From an uncultured Phycisphaerales bacterium (GTDB lineage Bacteria > Planctomycetota > Phycisphaerae > Phycisphaerales > SM1A02): a stretch of DNA of 64,000 bases. The stretch lies in NCBI GenBank assembly GCA_938084645.1, contig CALKEP010000001.1, positions 128,001-192,000 of the forward strand, given 5' to 3'. The position numbers were made by a program, and so were the translations under genes. The notes beneath the pieces are model-generated. The model searched no databases and was not told the DNA's origin. It was given only the letters and a program-made list of their open reading frames with translations. This document shows, in pieces, positions 1-9,634 of the stretch. How positions within the stretch are numbered: the first letter of the stretch is position 1; every line of letters begins with the position of its first letter.

Positions 1-1589
1 AAGTCCTCGCCGAGCATCGTGCGAAGCTCCATGAGTGATCGCCCCTCGGAGATTCCGGCCCGCAGCGTGGGCGAGATCCTGATGAGTTCGTAGAAACCAA
101 GACGGCCGCGGAATCCGGTGTTCGAGCACTTCTCGCAGCCGGTCCCGACGTACATCATGCCCTCGAGGCGGTCCGTCTCCTCGGGCGGCAGCCGATGCCG
201 CAGATCCTCCGGCATCGGAACCCGCGTCTTGCAGTGGGTGCAGATCCGCCGGCCGAGTCGTTGGGCGAGCAGGCCTTCCAGGACCGACGCGACGAGGTAG
301 GGCTCGGCTCCCATGTCGATCATTCGTCCGACGGAGGAGATCGCATCGTTGGTGTGCAGGGTCGAGAACACGAGGTGACCGGTGAGGGCCGATCGAATCA
401 CGATGTCGACGGTCTCGGCATCACGGATCTCGCCGACGAAGATCACGTCGGGGTCCTGGCGGAGGATTGAACGAAGCCCCGAGGCGAAGGTGAGTCCGCG
501 CTTCGGGTTGACGGGGATCTGGTTGATTCCCGAGAGCTCGTATTCGACCGGATCCTCGATGGTGATGATCTTCTTGCGGGGGTCGTACAGCTTGCTGAGG
601 CCGGCGTAGAGGGAGGTCGTCTTTCCCGAGCCGGTGGGGCCGGTGACCAGGACCAGTCCGTGCGGCTTCGCGATCAACCGGTCCATCGTGTCCCGATCGC
701 GCTCGGCCATTCCGAGGCTCTTGAGATCGAGGGGAAGCGATGACTTGTCGAGAATTCGCATCACGACCGACTCGCCGTACAACGTCGGCACCGTCGAGAC
801 GCGGATGTCCACCTTGCGGCCCTCGAATCGCAGCGAGATGTGGCCGTCCTGGGGCACGTACCGCTCGGCGATGTTCATGTGGGCCATGATCTTGATTCGA
901 CCGACGAGCGCGGCCTGGAGGTGCTTCGGCGGGGAGGGCTGCTCGCGGAGCACTCCGTCCACCCGGTACTTGACCTTGAGTTCGTCTTCGAAGGGTTCGA
1001 CGTGGACGTCGCTCGTCCGCGACTGGATCGCTTCGAGGAGCAGCAGGTTCACGAGGTTGATCAGCGACGGCTGCTCCGCCATCTGATGGACGTCGTCGGC
1101 TTCGATCGCGTCGAGGTTGTGTTCGGTCTCGGTCGCGATGTCGTCGTCGGCCGCGAGACTCTCCGCCATGCGGGCCGCGGTGGTTCCGTAGGCGGCCTTC
1201 ATCAGCTCGGCGAAGAGCGCCGGCTCGAGGCCGATCCGCACCACTTCGCGGGAGGTCCTGATCGCCACTTCGTCGACCGCCTCGGTATCGAGCGGATCGA
1301 GCATCACCACCGTCACGCGACCGGGCTCGAGGGTGATCGGGACCACGCGGAGTCGGACGGAGACCTCGGGCGGGAGCACTTCCGTGGCTTCCGTCTCGAA
1401 CTCGGGGATCCGGTCCAGCATCTGGATGCCCAGGAGTCGCAGGCGATCGAGATCCGGACCGACGGGCACCGTTTCCGGCGAGGAGTCGCCGGGAATCTCC
1501 AGCGTGATCTCGGGCGCAGCGGCTTCCTCATCCCCCCCGAAGGTGGTCGAGGACTCGAAACGCGGTTCTTCGCCGATCTGTTCGCTCAC
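1..1589 (-). CDS. GspE/PilB-family secretion/pilus assembly ATPase (3' end runs off the window)
   Basis: Manual minus-strand translation, absent from the ORF track: SDVHVEP, RVDG, Walker A TGPTGSGKTT, TIEDPVE, LRQDPDVIFVGEIRD, ALTGHLVFSTLH, two CxxC motifs. GTG at 1589 with AGGA upstream. Confidence 0.92.
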   Translation of the reverse strand, partial: MSEQIGEEPRFESSTTFGGDEEAAAPEITLEIPGDSSPETVPVGPDLDRLRLLGIQMLDRIPEFETEATEVLPPEVSVRLRVVPITLEPGRVTVVMLDPLDTEAVDEVAIRTSREVVRIGLEPALFAELMKAAYGTTAARMAESLAADDDIATETEHNLDAIEADDVHQMAEQPSLINLVNLLLLEAIQSRTSDVHVEPFEDELKVKYRVDGVLREQPSPPKHLQAALVGRIKIMAHMNIAERYVPQDGHISLRFEGRKVDIRVSTVPTLYGESVVMRILDKSSLPLDLKSLGMAERDRDTMDRLIAKPHGLVLVTGPTGSGKTTSLYAGLSKLYDPRKKIITIEDPVEYELSGINQIPVNPKRGLTFASGLRSILRQDPDVIFVGEIRDAETVDIVIRSALTGHLVFSTLHTNDAISSVGRMIDMGAEPYLVASVLEGLLAQRLGRRICTHCKTRVPMPEDLRHRLPPEETDRLEGMMYVGTGCEKCSNTGFRGRLGFYELIRISPTLRAGISEGRSLMELRTMLGED

Positions 1590-1661
1590 GAGGGTGTCGC
1601 TTCCTGATGGTGCCGGGGGGCGATGCGGCACCGCCCCAGAATTTCCTGGTTGGATCGCGGA

Positions 1662-3047
1662 TCAATCGCTGCCGCGATCCTGCTTCCCGCCCTTGTCGCC
1701 CGACGGCGCAGTGCTTCTGGAGCCGACGCCGTCGCCGCGGTTCTTGCTCAATTCATCGGGGCTCTTGAATCGCGGACGCGCCGGATGCTCCTTGCCCGGT
1801 GCGAGCGTTCGGATCTTGTCGCTCCTGACTCCACTCGGGCTGCCGCCCGTGGCGCCCGCGGCGCCGTCGACCGATCGCGAGTTTCCGGGGAGGGCTCCCG
1901 TCTGCTCCGGGGTCAGCACCGCGAGGATGCGGCGTCGGGTCTCGTCGACGAGGTCGTTCTTCTCGGCGACGATCCGGTCGGCTTCGCTCTGGATCCGCTC
2001 CACCTTCTTGCCGTTTCGGCGGTCGATCATCCGCTGCACCTTGATCCGCGCCTCGCCCGGCTCATGCACGCGGAAGGCTTCCACGATCCGCATCTCGATG
2101 TTCTCGAGCCGAAGGTCGAAGTCGACTTCGATCTCGTCGAGCTGGGCCCGCTGGGCATCGGTGAGATCGGACAGCGTGCGGATGCTCTCGAGAAGCCGGG
2201 GAATGGGCGTGGGCCGGAACGCCCGCGGATATCCATCCGCCAGCGCCGCATCACGAAAGCGTTCGTTGAACTCGCCGGGCAGCGCTTCGGCGATACGCTC
2301 CAGGAACTCGTCCTGGATGCGTCGGACCTGCACCCGTGTCGCCATGATCTGATCCGTGGCCGCGAGACCGGCCTCGAAGTCCATCGAGGCCATCGCATCC
2401 TTGATCTGATCCTGAAGCGAATCGATCTTCGCGGCTCTCACCGCGAGCGCCTCATCGAGTGCGAGCTCGTAGTCGACGACGATCGGATCGATCGCCTCCT
2501 CGATCTCGTACGGGAATCGAAGGGTCCGCACGAGGGTGAAGAGGTCCACGGATTCGCCCATCAATTCGCCCTTGGGCAGTTCCTTCTCGCGTCGGAGCGT
2601 GCGTTCGAACCGTGGCCAGCGATCGATCTGGGCGCCGGTCAACTGTGCCCGGACGTTGTTGAGGAATGTCCGGCCGAGTTCGGCCCGCTCGGCATCCCAG
2701 ACCGCGAGGGGTTCGAGAATCATCTCCATGACCGCGTCCGGTCGGGCGTTTCCGATCCGGCTCTGGAGGCCACGCATCCGATTCTTCACGTCCTCCACGC
2801 CCGCTTCGTAGGACACCATGTAGTCCTGAAGAAGCACCTCGACGATCGGTCGCTGCCAGTCTTCAAGCTTGAGGATCTCGACGAAGAGGGGCATGTCCCG
2901 ATCCAGGAACTCGGGACGAAAGGAATCCGCGAATCCGGCCTGCGCCCCGAACTGGGCCGATGCAGGAGTCGAGATCGACATCGCGGTCCCCATGGAGAGG
3001 GCGGCGACGAGTACGGAGGACTTGAGTTGACGAAGAAGCATGGTCAT
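1662..3047 (-). CDS. Exported alpha-helical protein with three LTxxQ motifs (Spy/CpxP-like repeats?); paralogue of 22067..23821
   Basis: Within the 580-aa ORF; start re-set to MTMLLRQLK, followed by a signal peptide ending ASA-Q. Motifs LTGAQ, LTDAQ, LTPEQ; low-complexity tail. Confidence 0.75.
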   Translation of the reverse strand: MTMLLRQLKSSVLVAALSMGTAMSISTPASAQFGAQAGFADSFRPEFLDRDMPLFVEILKLEDWQRPIVEVLLQDYMVSYEAGVEDVKNRMRGLQSRIGNARPDAVMEMILEPLAVWDAERAELGRTFLNNVRAQLTGAQIDRWPRFERTLRREKELPKGELMGESVDLFTLVRTLRFPYEIEEAIDPIVVDYELALDEALAVRAAKIDSLQDQIKDAMASMDFEAGLAATDQIMATRVQVRRIQDEFLERIAEALPGEFNERFRDAALADGYPRAFRPTPIPRLLESIRTLSDLTDAQRAQLDEIEVDFDLRLENIEMRIVEAFRVHEPGEARIKVQRMIDRRNGKKVERIQSEADRIVAEKNDLVDETRRRILAVLTPEQTGALPGNSRSVDGAAGATGGSPSGVRSDKIRTLAPGKEHPARPRFKSPDELSKNRGDGVGSRSTAPSGDKGGKQDRGSD

Positions 3048-3252
3048 GAAACTCCGAAGCTTTGGAGCGGGGGCCCGAAGAGGACCGGCTGAGGCGGTTC
3101 CGAACGTTGAGCAGAACGCTGCACGGGGGAGAATATGGCACGCCGACACGAAGAAACGGCCGAGAAGGGCCCTTTTCGTCGTCCTCGGTCCAGATCCGCG
3201 ACGATTGTCGGAATGGAACCGGCTGGAGGACCGAATCGGCCAAAAGTGCGTC

Positions 3253-3951
3253 TCAGTCGGCGAGCACCGTCCGTTGCTCGATTCGCTTCTCGGACGTTGT
3301 GACGACGAGCCGATCGACGTACACCCCGGGGGTGTGGATCCCATCAGGGTCCAGCGTGCCGGTCTCGACGATTTCCTCCACCTCGACGACGGTGCGGCGG
3401 CCACATTCGGCCACCATCGGGTTGAAGTTCCGGGCCGTCTTCCGGTAGATCAGGTTTCCGCTCCGATCGGCCTTCCAGGCTTTCACGAGGGCGAGATCCG
3501 CTCGGATGCCACGCTCCATGACGTAGGGCTCACCATCGAATTCGCGGATCTCCTTCCCTTCCGCAACGAGGGTTCCAACGCCAGTACGGGTGTAGAAAGC
3601 CGGGATTCCGGCCCCTCCGGCCCGCATTCGTTCCGCGAGCGTGCCCTGTGGGTTGAATTCGACCTCGAGCTCACCGGCCATGAATTGCCGTTCGAATTCC
3701 GCATTCTCGCCGACGTAGCTGGAGACCATTTTTCGGATCTGCCGGGTCTGGAGCAGGAGACCCAGCCCCCAGTCGTCGACACCGGCGTTGTTGCTCACTG
3801 CGACGAGGTCGCTGGCCTTGGTGTCTCGAAGGGCGGTGATCAACTGCTCGGGGATGCCGCAGAGACCGAAGCCGCCGACGGCGATCGTCATCCCATTCTC
3901 CACGAGACCTTCGAGGGCGGCGGCGGGAGTGTCGAAGACCTTGTCGACCAT
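3253..3951 (-). CDS. scoA: 3-oxoacid CoA-transferase subunit A (ScoA/AtoD/PcaI family)
   Basis: [46 protein letters not shown]. Confidence 0.93.
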   Translation of the reverse strand: MVDKVFDTPAAALEGLVENGMTIAVGGFGLCGIPEQLITALRDTKASDLVAVSNNAGVDDWGLGLLLQTRQIRKMVSSYVGENAEFERQFMAGELEVEFNPQGTLAERMRAGGAGIPAFYTRTGVGTLVAEGKEIREFDGEPYVMERGIRADLALVKAWKADRSGNLIYRKTARNFNPMVAECGRRTVVEVEEIVETGTLDPDGIHTPGVYVDRLVVTTSEKRIEQRTVLAD

Positions 3952-4150
3952 GGCAGTAATCCTTCAGGAACCGCTCGATTCCCGTGTTTCAGGGACTTCG
4001 GGCGTCATTTGCGGGCCGTAGAGTGTACCCCCTCCGGGGTGTCCTCGGATTGGTGGTGGCGTTTCCTCCGTCGCCCGGAACCATGCTGCGAGCCCGTCCC
4101 CCTTGAGCCCTGACGAACCCCAAGTCGCACCTCGCTCGGACGAGTCCGTC

Positions 4151-5389
4151 ATGACTCGACGGCGTGTTCTGGACTTCGTGCTCATCGGCGTGCTGCTGGT
4201 GCTCACGGCCCTTCCGGATGCGATGGTGGTGCCGATCCTCGAGGAGTTGATGGTCGAACGCTACGGGGTCGATCCGGGCCCCGCGCACGCGTTCATCTCC
4301 ATCAACCTGCTCGGAGGCCTGTGCGCCCTTCCCTTGCTTCGGACGACCATGCGAATCGGTCGGCCGGTCCTCGCCGTCGCGATCGCGGCGATCATGGACG
4401 GTCTGCTCCTGGCGGCGATGTGGCTTCCGATCGGATTCTGGCCGACGATCGTGCTGCGCGGCGTCGAGGGTGTCGCGGATGTCGTGGTGTTCGCAGTCGT
4501 CTTCGATCTCGTCGGTCAGTCCGGCAGGGCTCGGGCGGCCGGACTTCGTTTCGGTGTTGGGGCCGCGCTGCTCAGCATCGCCCTCGGTGGCGGGGCGATC
4601 CTCGGCGGTCAGATCGCTCGGGCGGACGATGGCACCGGGGATGCGGCGCGAGCCGTCTATCTGATCGGTGCCTCCGCCTGCTTCCTCGCGGGCGTCGTCG
4701 CCTTCCTCGGACGTCATCGACTTCGTCGCGTCGACGCCAAGTCCGTGGCGCCTTCGGCGCCGGCGGTGATCGAGACCTCGACCGCCCCGTCGCGGGCACC
4801 CCTCTGGCCGCTCCTTCTCATGGCCTCCGCCGATCGTGCTGCGGGTGGTCTCTTGACGGGAACCCTCGGGCTCTTCCTCGCCGAAGCGATCGATCTGGAT
4901 CCCTCGATCCGTGGTCGACTGATCGGGTCGGTGCTGCTGATGATGGGACTCGGCGCGATTCCGGCGGGTTGGGTGAGCGATCGATTCGGTGATCTTCGAA
5001 TCCGGACGATCGGCGGCATCGCGTTCGCGGCGGGCCTCTTCATGCTTCCGCTCGCCGCCGATGACCTGCCTTCGTTGATTCAGACGATGCTCCTGCTCGG
5101 CGTCGGCGGCGCAACTCTGCTTCCGACCTCGCTCGCCCTGCTCGATCGTCTGCATGGCGGCTTGTTCGGCATGGGCGGCTTTCGCGCGGCCGGAGATATC
5201 GGATTCCTGGTGGGCGTCTCGATGGCGGGGCTGCTTCTCCACCTTCTCGGGTCCGGTCGGTCATCACATTCCGAGTACGTCGCGGTCATCTGTGGATTCG
5301 CGATCATGCATCTCTGCACCACGCTCGTGGCCGTCCCGGCGCTGGCCCGCCGTGATCGAGCCCTGAAGCGAACACGGCAGGTGAACTGA
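4151..5389 (+). CDS. MFS transporter
   Basis: About 12 hydrophobic segments; MFS motif A-like GWVSDRFG; start uncertain (4103 or 4151). Confidence 0.8.
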   Translation: MTRRRVLDFVLIGVLLVLTALPDAMVVPILEELMVERYGVDPGPAHAFISINLLGGLCALPLLRTTMRIGRPVLAVAIAAIMDGLLLAAMWLPIGFWPTIVLRGVEGVADVVVFAVVFDLVGQSGRARAAGLRFGVGAALLSIALGGGAILGGQIARADDGTGDAARAVYLIGASACFLAGVVAFLGRHRLRRVDAKSVAPSAPAVIETSTAPSRAPLWPLLLMASADRAAGGLLTGTLGLFLAEAIDLDPSIRGRLIGSVLLMMGLGAIPAGWVSDRFGDLRIRTIGGIAFAAGLFMLPLAADDLPSLIQTMLLLGVGGATLLPTSLALLDRLHGGLFGMGGFRAAGDIGFLVGVSMAGLLLHLLGSGRSSHSEYVAVICGFAIMHLCTTLVAVPALARRDRALKRTRQVN

Positions 5390-5415
5390 ACCGCGTGCAG
5401 CGTGCAGGACGAAGA

Positions 5416-5451
5416 AACCGCCCCGGGCGCGGGTGTCGCGTCGGGGCGGTT
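5416..5451 (-). terminator. Intrinsic terminator hairpin between convergent MFS and sigma genes
   Basis: AACCGCCCCG...CGGGGCGGTT stem, followed by TCTTC on the minus strand. Confidence 0.6.
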
Positions 5452-5471
5452 CGAGTGGATGTCCGCGGAGG

Positions 5472-6575
5472 TCAGTTCTTCGTCGAAGGGATCCGGGCGT
5501 CGGCCGGGTTCAGATCCTCGATCGTCGTCCGGAGCTTTTCCAGCGCCTTGTTCTGAATCTGCCGGACGCGTTCCTTGGTCACGCCGATGATCTGGCCGAC
5601 CTGTTCCAGCGTGAGTGTGTTGGTCACATCGTCGACACCGACCCCGAAGCGATGCCCGATCACCGTCTGCTCCACGGCGGTGAGTTCCGCCTCATTGGTG
5701 TCCATCAGGTGTCGTACTTCGGCTGCGGAATCCGCGACGTACTCGGCCCGTCGCGTCTCGAGGTGGTCCGATCGCTCGAACGCCGGGTCGAAGTCGGTGA
5801 CGAATCGCTGGCGATGCCTGGTGCTCTTCATGCCGTGACGGCTGAACGCCTTCAGGATCGCACGGCAGGCGTAGGTGCTGAACTTGAAGCCACGCTCGCA
5901 GTCGAACTTGTCGACCGAGCGCATGAGTGCCATGTTGCCCTCGCTCACCACATCCGCGAACTCCCCGTCCATGATGCGGACCCGCTTCGCCATCGCGAGC
6001 ACGAGGGCGAGATTGGTTTCCGCGATCTGCTCGCGGAACGACGCGGCGATGCCGTGCCAGTGGAGAATCGCGCGGGCCTCGGCGAGATCGGGGCGACGGG
6101 TGCCGATCTCCATCTGCACGCCCCGCATTCGAAACCGTGCGTAGTTGAACTTGAGGAAGAGGATTCGTTCCTGAGCGCCGGAGAGGACGAGCGACTTGCC
6201 CGCCTTCGGGGTGTCGACCCGCCCGCGAGCGGGGATGAGGTCCTCCATCAACGGGCGGTACCAGGTGACGTCCGGCCGCTCGACGTCGTCGAGGCCGAAG
6301 ATCTCCGTCTCGGCGTCCGCTTCGTGGAAGATCTCCGCGTCGATGTAGTCGATCTCCTTCTCGAGCACGCGAGCAAGCAGTGACTCTTCGCGGCGCGAGA
6401 GGCGCCGAAGCTCCTCGGTATTCCCACGTCCCTTGCGGCGACCGATGCGGCCCGTCTCGCCGACGGACTTCTGTCCCGCGGAGACAGGCCCCACCGAGGA
6501 ACGCGACCGGGTGCGGACGCGATCGAGTGGTGAATTCCGGGTGGTCGACGGATTCGAGTGGGTGAGTCGTGGCAT
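5472..6575 (-). CDS. Sigma-70 family RNA polymerase sigma factor (alternative)
   Basis: Region 2 NLALVLAMAK...EGNMALMRSVDKFD.ERGFKFSTYA; region 4 TLEQVGQIIGVTKERVRQIQNKALEKLR. Confidence 0.92.
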   Translation of the reverse strand: MPRLTHSNPSTTRNSPLDRVRTRSRSSVGPVSAGQKSVGETGRIGRRKGRGNTEELRRLSRREESLLARVLEKEIDYIDAEIFHEADAETEIFGLDDVERPDVTWYRPLMEDLIPARGRVDTPKAGKSLVLSGAQERILFLKFNYARFRMRGVQMEIGTRRPDLAEARAILHWHGIAASFREQIAETNLALVLAMAKRVRIMDGEFADVVSEGNMALMRSVDKFDCERGFKFSTYACRAILKAFSRHGMKSTRHRQRFVTDFDPAFERSDHLETRRAEYVADSAAEVRHLMDTNEAELTAVEQTVIGHRFGVGVDDVTNTLTLEQVGQIIGVTKERVRQIQNKALEKLRTTIEDLNPADARIPSTKN

Positions 6576-6919
6576 GGTCGTGATTGCTGGGCCGCGAACG
6601 GCCGAAGCACCCCCTGAGATGTGCCACCCCGGGCCATCCTCGGCTGGTGCAGAGCCGGGAACGCACCGGAAACAGAGCTGCCTCGGTCATCCTGAATCGA
6701 GGCGGGAAGCCCTGCGAGGTGACGGCGATGAAGCCGTCGTCCTTACGCTTCGTCGACGGGCCGGGTTCGGATTCCGACCTGATCGATCCTCGGTTTATTC
6801 GTGGACAGGGCCACCCGGTTGCATGCTCCTTCGCGGCGAAAGCACGCGATTCTGGAGCGTGACCCCCTCGGAGTGGATCTCAACGGGGATCGAGGGGGTG
6901 TTTCGAACATCGTGAGAAA

Positions 6920-6952
6920 AAGGCCGGACCGCGAGATTCGCGGTCCGGCCTT
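6920..6952 (-). terminator. Rho-independent terminator after ndk
   Basis: 15-bp stem AAGGCCGGACCGCGA-gat-TCGCGGTCCGGCCTT running into a T tract on the minus strand. Confidence 0.85.
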
Positions 6953-6996
6953 CGATTCGGTCGAGTCGATCCGTCCTCCGCAGGAGGCGGATCAGC

Positions 6997-7467
6997 TCAC
7001 TCGGGCGAGCCCGAGGACATGTCGTAGACCCAGCAGGCACCGGCCGGCGACCAGTCGAGGACCTCGCCGTCATTGAAGAACAGGCCCAGTTCTCGTGCTG
7101 CCGCCTCGGGGCTGTCGCTGCCGTGAATGAGGTTGAAGGAGCTCGAGACGCCGAAATCCCCCCGGATCGTGCCCGCATCGGCCTTGAACCCGAAGGTCGC
7201 GCCCATCATCGAGCGACAGACGGCGATCGCGCCGTTGCCGCGGAGGGCCAGCACGAGCACCGGGGAGGAGGTCATGAAGCCGACGAGCCCCGGATAGAAG
7301 GGCTTCTCGCGGTGGTCGGCGTAGTGGGTCGCGGCAAGCTCGTCGCTGATCTGCATGAACTTCGCGCCGACGACCTGGAGGCCCTTGTCCTCGAAGCGGC
7401 TGATGATCCGACCCATGAGGCCACGCTGGACGGCGTCGGGCTTCAGGATGATGAGGGTGGTTTCCAT
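6997..7467 (-). CDS. ndk: Nucleoside diphosphate kinase
   Basis: METTLIILKPDAVQRGL, HY, GTIRGDF, NLIHGSDS; start trimmed to ATG at 7467. Confidence 0.97.
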   Translation of the reverse strand: METTLIILKPDAVQRGLMGRIISRFEDKGLQVVGAKFMQISDELAATHYADHREKPFYPGLVGFMTSSPVLVLALRGNGAIAVCRSMMGATFGFKADAGTIRGDFGVSSSFNLIHGSDSPEAAARELGLFFNDGEVLDWSPAGACWVYDMSSGSPE

Positions 7468-7736
7468 GATCTCTCCACGGGATGAGGACTGGGGATCGCC
7501 GATCGTGACGGTGCTCGGCTGAATCGCGGCACGGCCGCGGGGGGTCGGGAAAGATAGCGGATCGACCATCGATCGTGGGGGGAAACTCGTCGTGAATCGC
7601 CACGGGGAGGCCGGAATGCGGTAGTTTCCGAACGGAACGGCAGGAAGCCGGCCAAACCTCCACGCGAGCCGTCCGTTCGGCGAGCGGAGCACGATCGTCC
7701 CGGGCCGTCGCCCGGTGTCGCCTCGAGAGCAACGGA

Positions 7737-9611
7737 ATGCCCACCACCGTGACCCCACCCGGATCCTCGAAGAAACCGTCCGCGAAGCGAGCCGGAGGTC
7801 GGGCCACCGCCGAGCAGATGGCCTCCCGGCAACGCGAGATCTCGGTCAGCGAGTTCTTCGCCAAGAATCGTCACCTGCTTGGTTTCGACAACCCCCGCAA
7901 GGCGCTTCTCACCACGGTGAAGGAGGCGGTCGACAACGCCCTCGATGCCTGCGAGGAGGGCGGGATCCTGCCGAGCATCACCGTCGAGCTCCTCCAGCTC
8001 GATGAGACTCGATTCAAGGTCACGATCCGGGACAACGGACCCGGAATCGTCCGCAAGCAGATCGAGAACATCTTCGGCAAGCTGCTCTACGGCTCGAAGT
8101 TCCATCGGATGAAGATGAGCCGCGGGCAGCAGGGGATCGGAATCTCCGCTGCGGGCATGTATGGATTGATGACCACGGGCCAGCCGGTCTTGATCATCTC
8201 CAAGACCGGACGTCGGCGCCCGGCGCACGAGGTGGTGCTCAAGATGGACACCGCGCGGAACCGTGCAGAGGTGATCAGCGAGACCGAGCATCCGGAGGAT
8301 GATTCGCTCTTCGCCGACGGCCACGGCACCCAGGTGACGATCGAACTCGAGGGCCGGTACCAGAAGGGGCGAGCCTCGGTCGACGAGTACCTCGAACAGA
8401 CCGCGATCGCGAACCCGCATGCTCGATTCACCTACGTGAATCCCGCGAACGAGACCATCGAGTTCCCGCGGGCGGTCGACGAGCTTCCGCCCGAGGCGAA
8501 GGAGATCAAGCCCCATCCGAAGGGGATCGAACTCGGCACGCTGATCCAGATGCTCGAGCGAACCGAGAAGACCCAGCTCGGAGCCTTCTTCAAGGACGAG
8601 TTCTGCCGGGTGGGGCCGCGGGTCGCGAAGGAGATCTGTGCCAAGTCGAATCTGACGGATCGGACCTGGGTCAAGCAGGTCGGCCATTCCGAAGCCGAAG
8701 CGCTCTACAAGGCGGTTCAGGATGTGCGGATCATGGCCCCGCCCACCGACTGTCTGGTCCCGATCGGGACCAAGGCGATGCTGGCCGGGCTTCTCAAGGA
8801 GGTCAAGGCCGAATTCTTCGCGGCGAGCAGTCGTCCCGCGGCGGTGTACCGGGGAAATCCCTTCCAGATCGAGGTGGGCATCGCGTACGGCGGCGACCTT
8901 CCCGGCGATGAACTCGGGCGGGTCATTCGCTTCGCGAACCGGGTCCCGCTGCTCTACCAGCAGTCCGCGTGCTGTTCGTTCAAGGCCGTGGTCGAGGCCG
9001 GATGGCGCAACTACGGACTCCAGCAGGCCCGAGGCAGTCTCCCCTCCGGACCGGTGGTGGTGATGATCCACATGGCGAGCACGTGGGTGCCGTTCACCAG
9101 CGAGTCGAAGGAGGCGATCGCCGATTACGACGAGATCCGGAAGGAGATGCGTCTCGCATTGCAGGAGTGCGGCCGCAAGCTGGGCACCTATCTCCGTCGA
9201 CGCCAGAAGATGCGGCGCGAGTCTGAACGCCGCAACGTGTTCGCCAGGTACATCGGCGAGATCTCGATGGCGTGCGAACGGATCACCGGGTCGGACGCCG
9301 GCGAGATCCGTGACGCACTGGAGAGCATCGCGGAAAGGAAGACGGCGGAAGCGGATCAGCAGCTCGATGACGAGGGGCGGGTCGTCGACGACGGAGGCCG
9401 TCTCGCGGCCGACGACTCGGTCATCATTCTCGAGCCGGCCGGCGCATCCGGAGGCGACGATGAGGCCGCCGGCGGTGGTGATTCGCTCTTCGCGGATCTG
9501 GCACCGCCCAAGAAGTCACGCGGCAAGATCGTCAAGAAGAACACTCGGAAGACCACGAAGAAGAAGCGTTCCGGCACGACGTCGACGAGGCGCCGCAAGT
9601 CGGACGGTTGA
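7737..9611 (+). CDS. top6B: DNA topoisomerase VI subunit B
   Basis: EISVSEFF.KNRHLLGF; GHKL motifs EAVDNALDA, DNGPG, SRGQQGIG; RFANRVPLLY; PFTSESKEAI. Confidence 0.96.
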   Translation: MPTTVTPPGSSKKPSAKRAGGRATAEQMASRQREISVSEFFAKNRHLLGFDNPRKALLTTVKEAVDNALDACEEGGILPSITVELLQLDETRFKVTIRDNGPGIVRKQIENIFGKLLYGSKFHRMKMSRGQQGIGISAAGMYGLMTTGQPVLIISKTGRRRPAHEVVLKMDTARNRAEVISETEHPEDDSLFADGHGTQVTIELEGRYQKGRASVDEYLEQTAIANPHARFTYVNPANETIEFPRAVDELPPEAKEIKPHPKGIELGTLIQMLERTEKTQLGAFFKDEFCRVGPRVAKEICAKSNLTDRTWVKQVGHSEAEALYKAVQDVRIMAPPTDCLVPIGTKAMLAGLLKEVKAEFFAASSRPAAVYRGNPFQIEVGIAYGGDLPGDELGRVIRFANRVPLLYQQSACCSFKAVVEAGWRNYGLQQARGSLPSGPVVVMIHMASTWVPFTSESKEAIADYDEIRKEMRLALQECGRKLGTYLRRRQKMRRESERRNVFARYIGEISMACERITGSDAGEIRDALESIAERKTAEADQQLDDEGRVVDDGGRLAADDSVIILEPAGASGGDDEAAGGGDSLFADLAPPKKSRGKIVKKNTRKTTKKKRSGTTSTRRRKSDG

Positions 9612-9634
9612 GCCAGCAAAGGAATTCGCGACTC

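Noticed and set aside
118..1607. Plus-strand ORFs listed at the window start
   Set aside because: The real gene is the minus-strand GspE/PilB ATPase, missed by the track because its stop lies outside the window.
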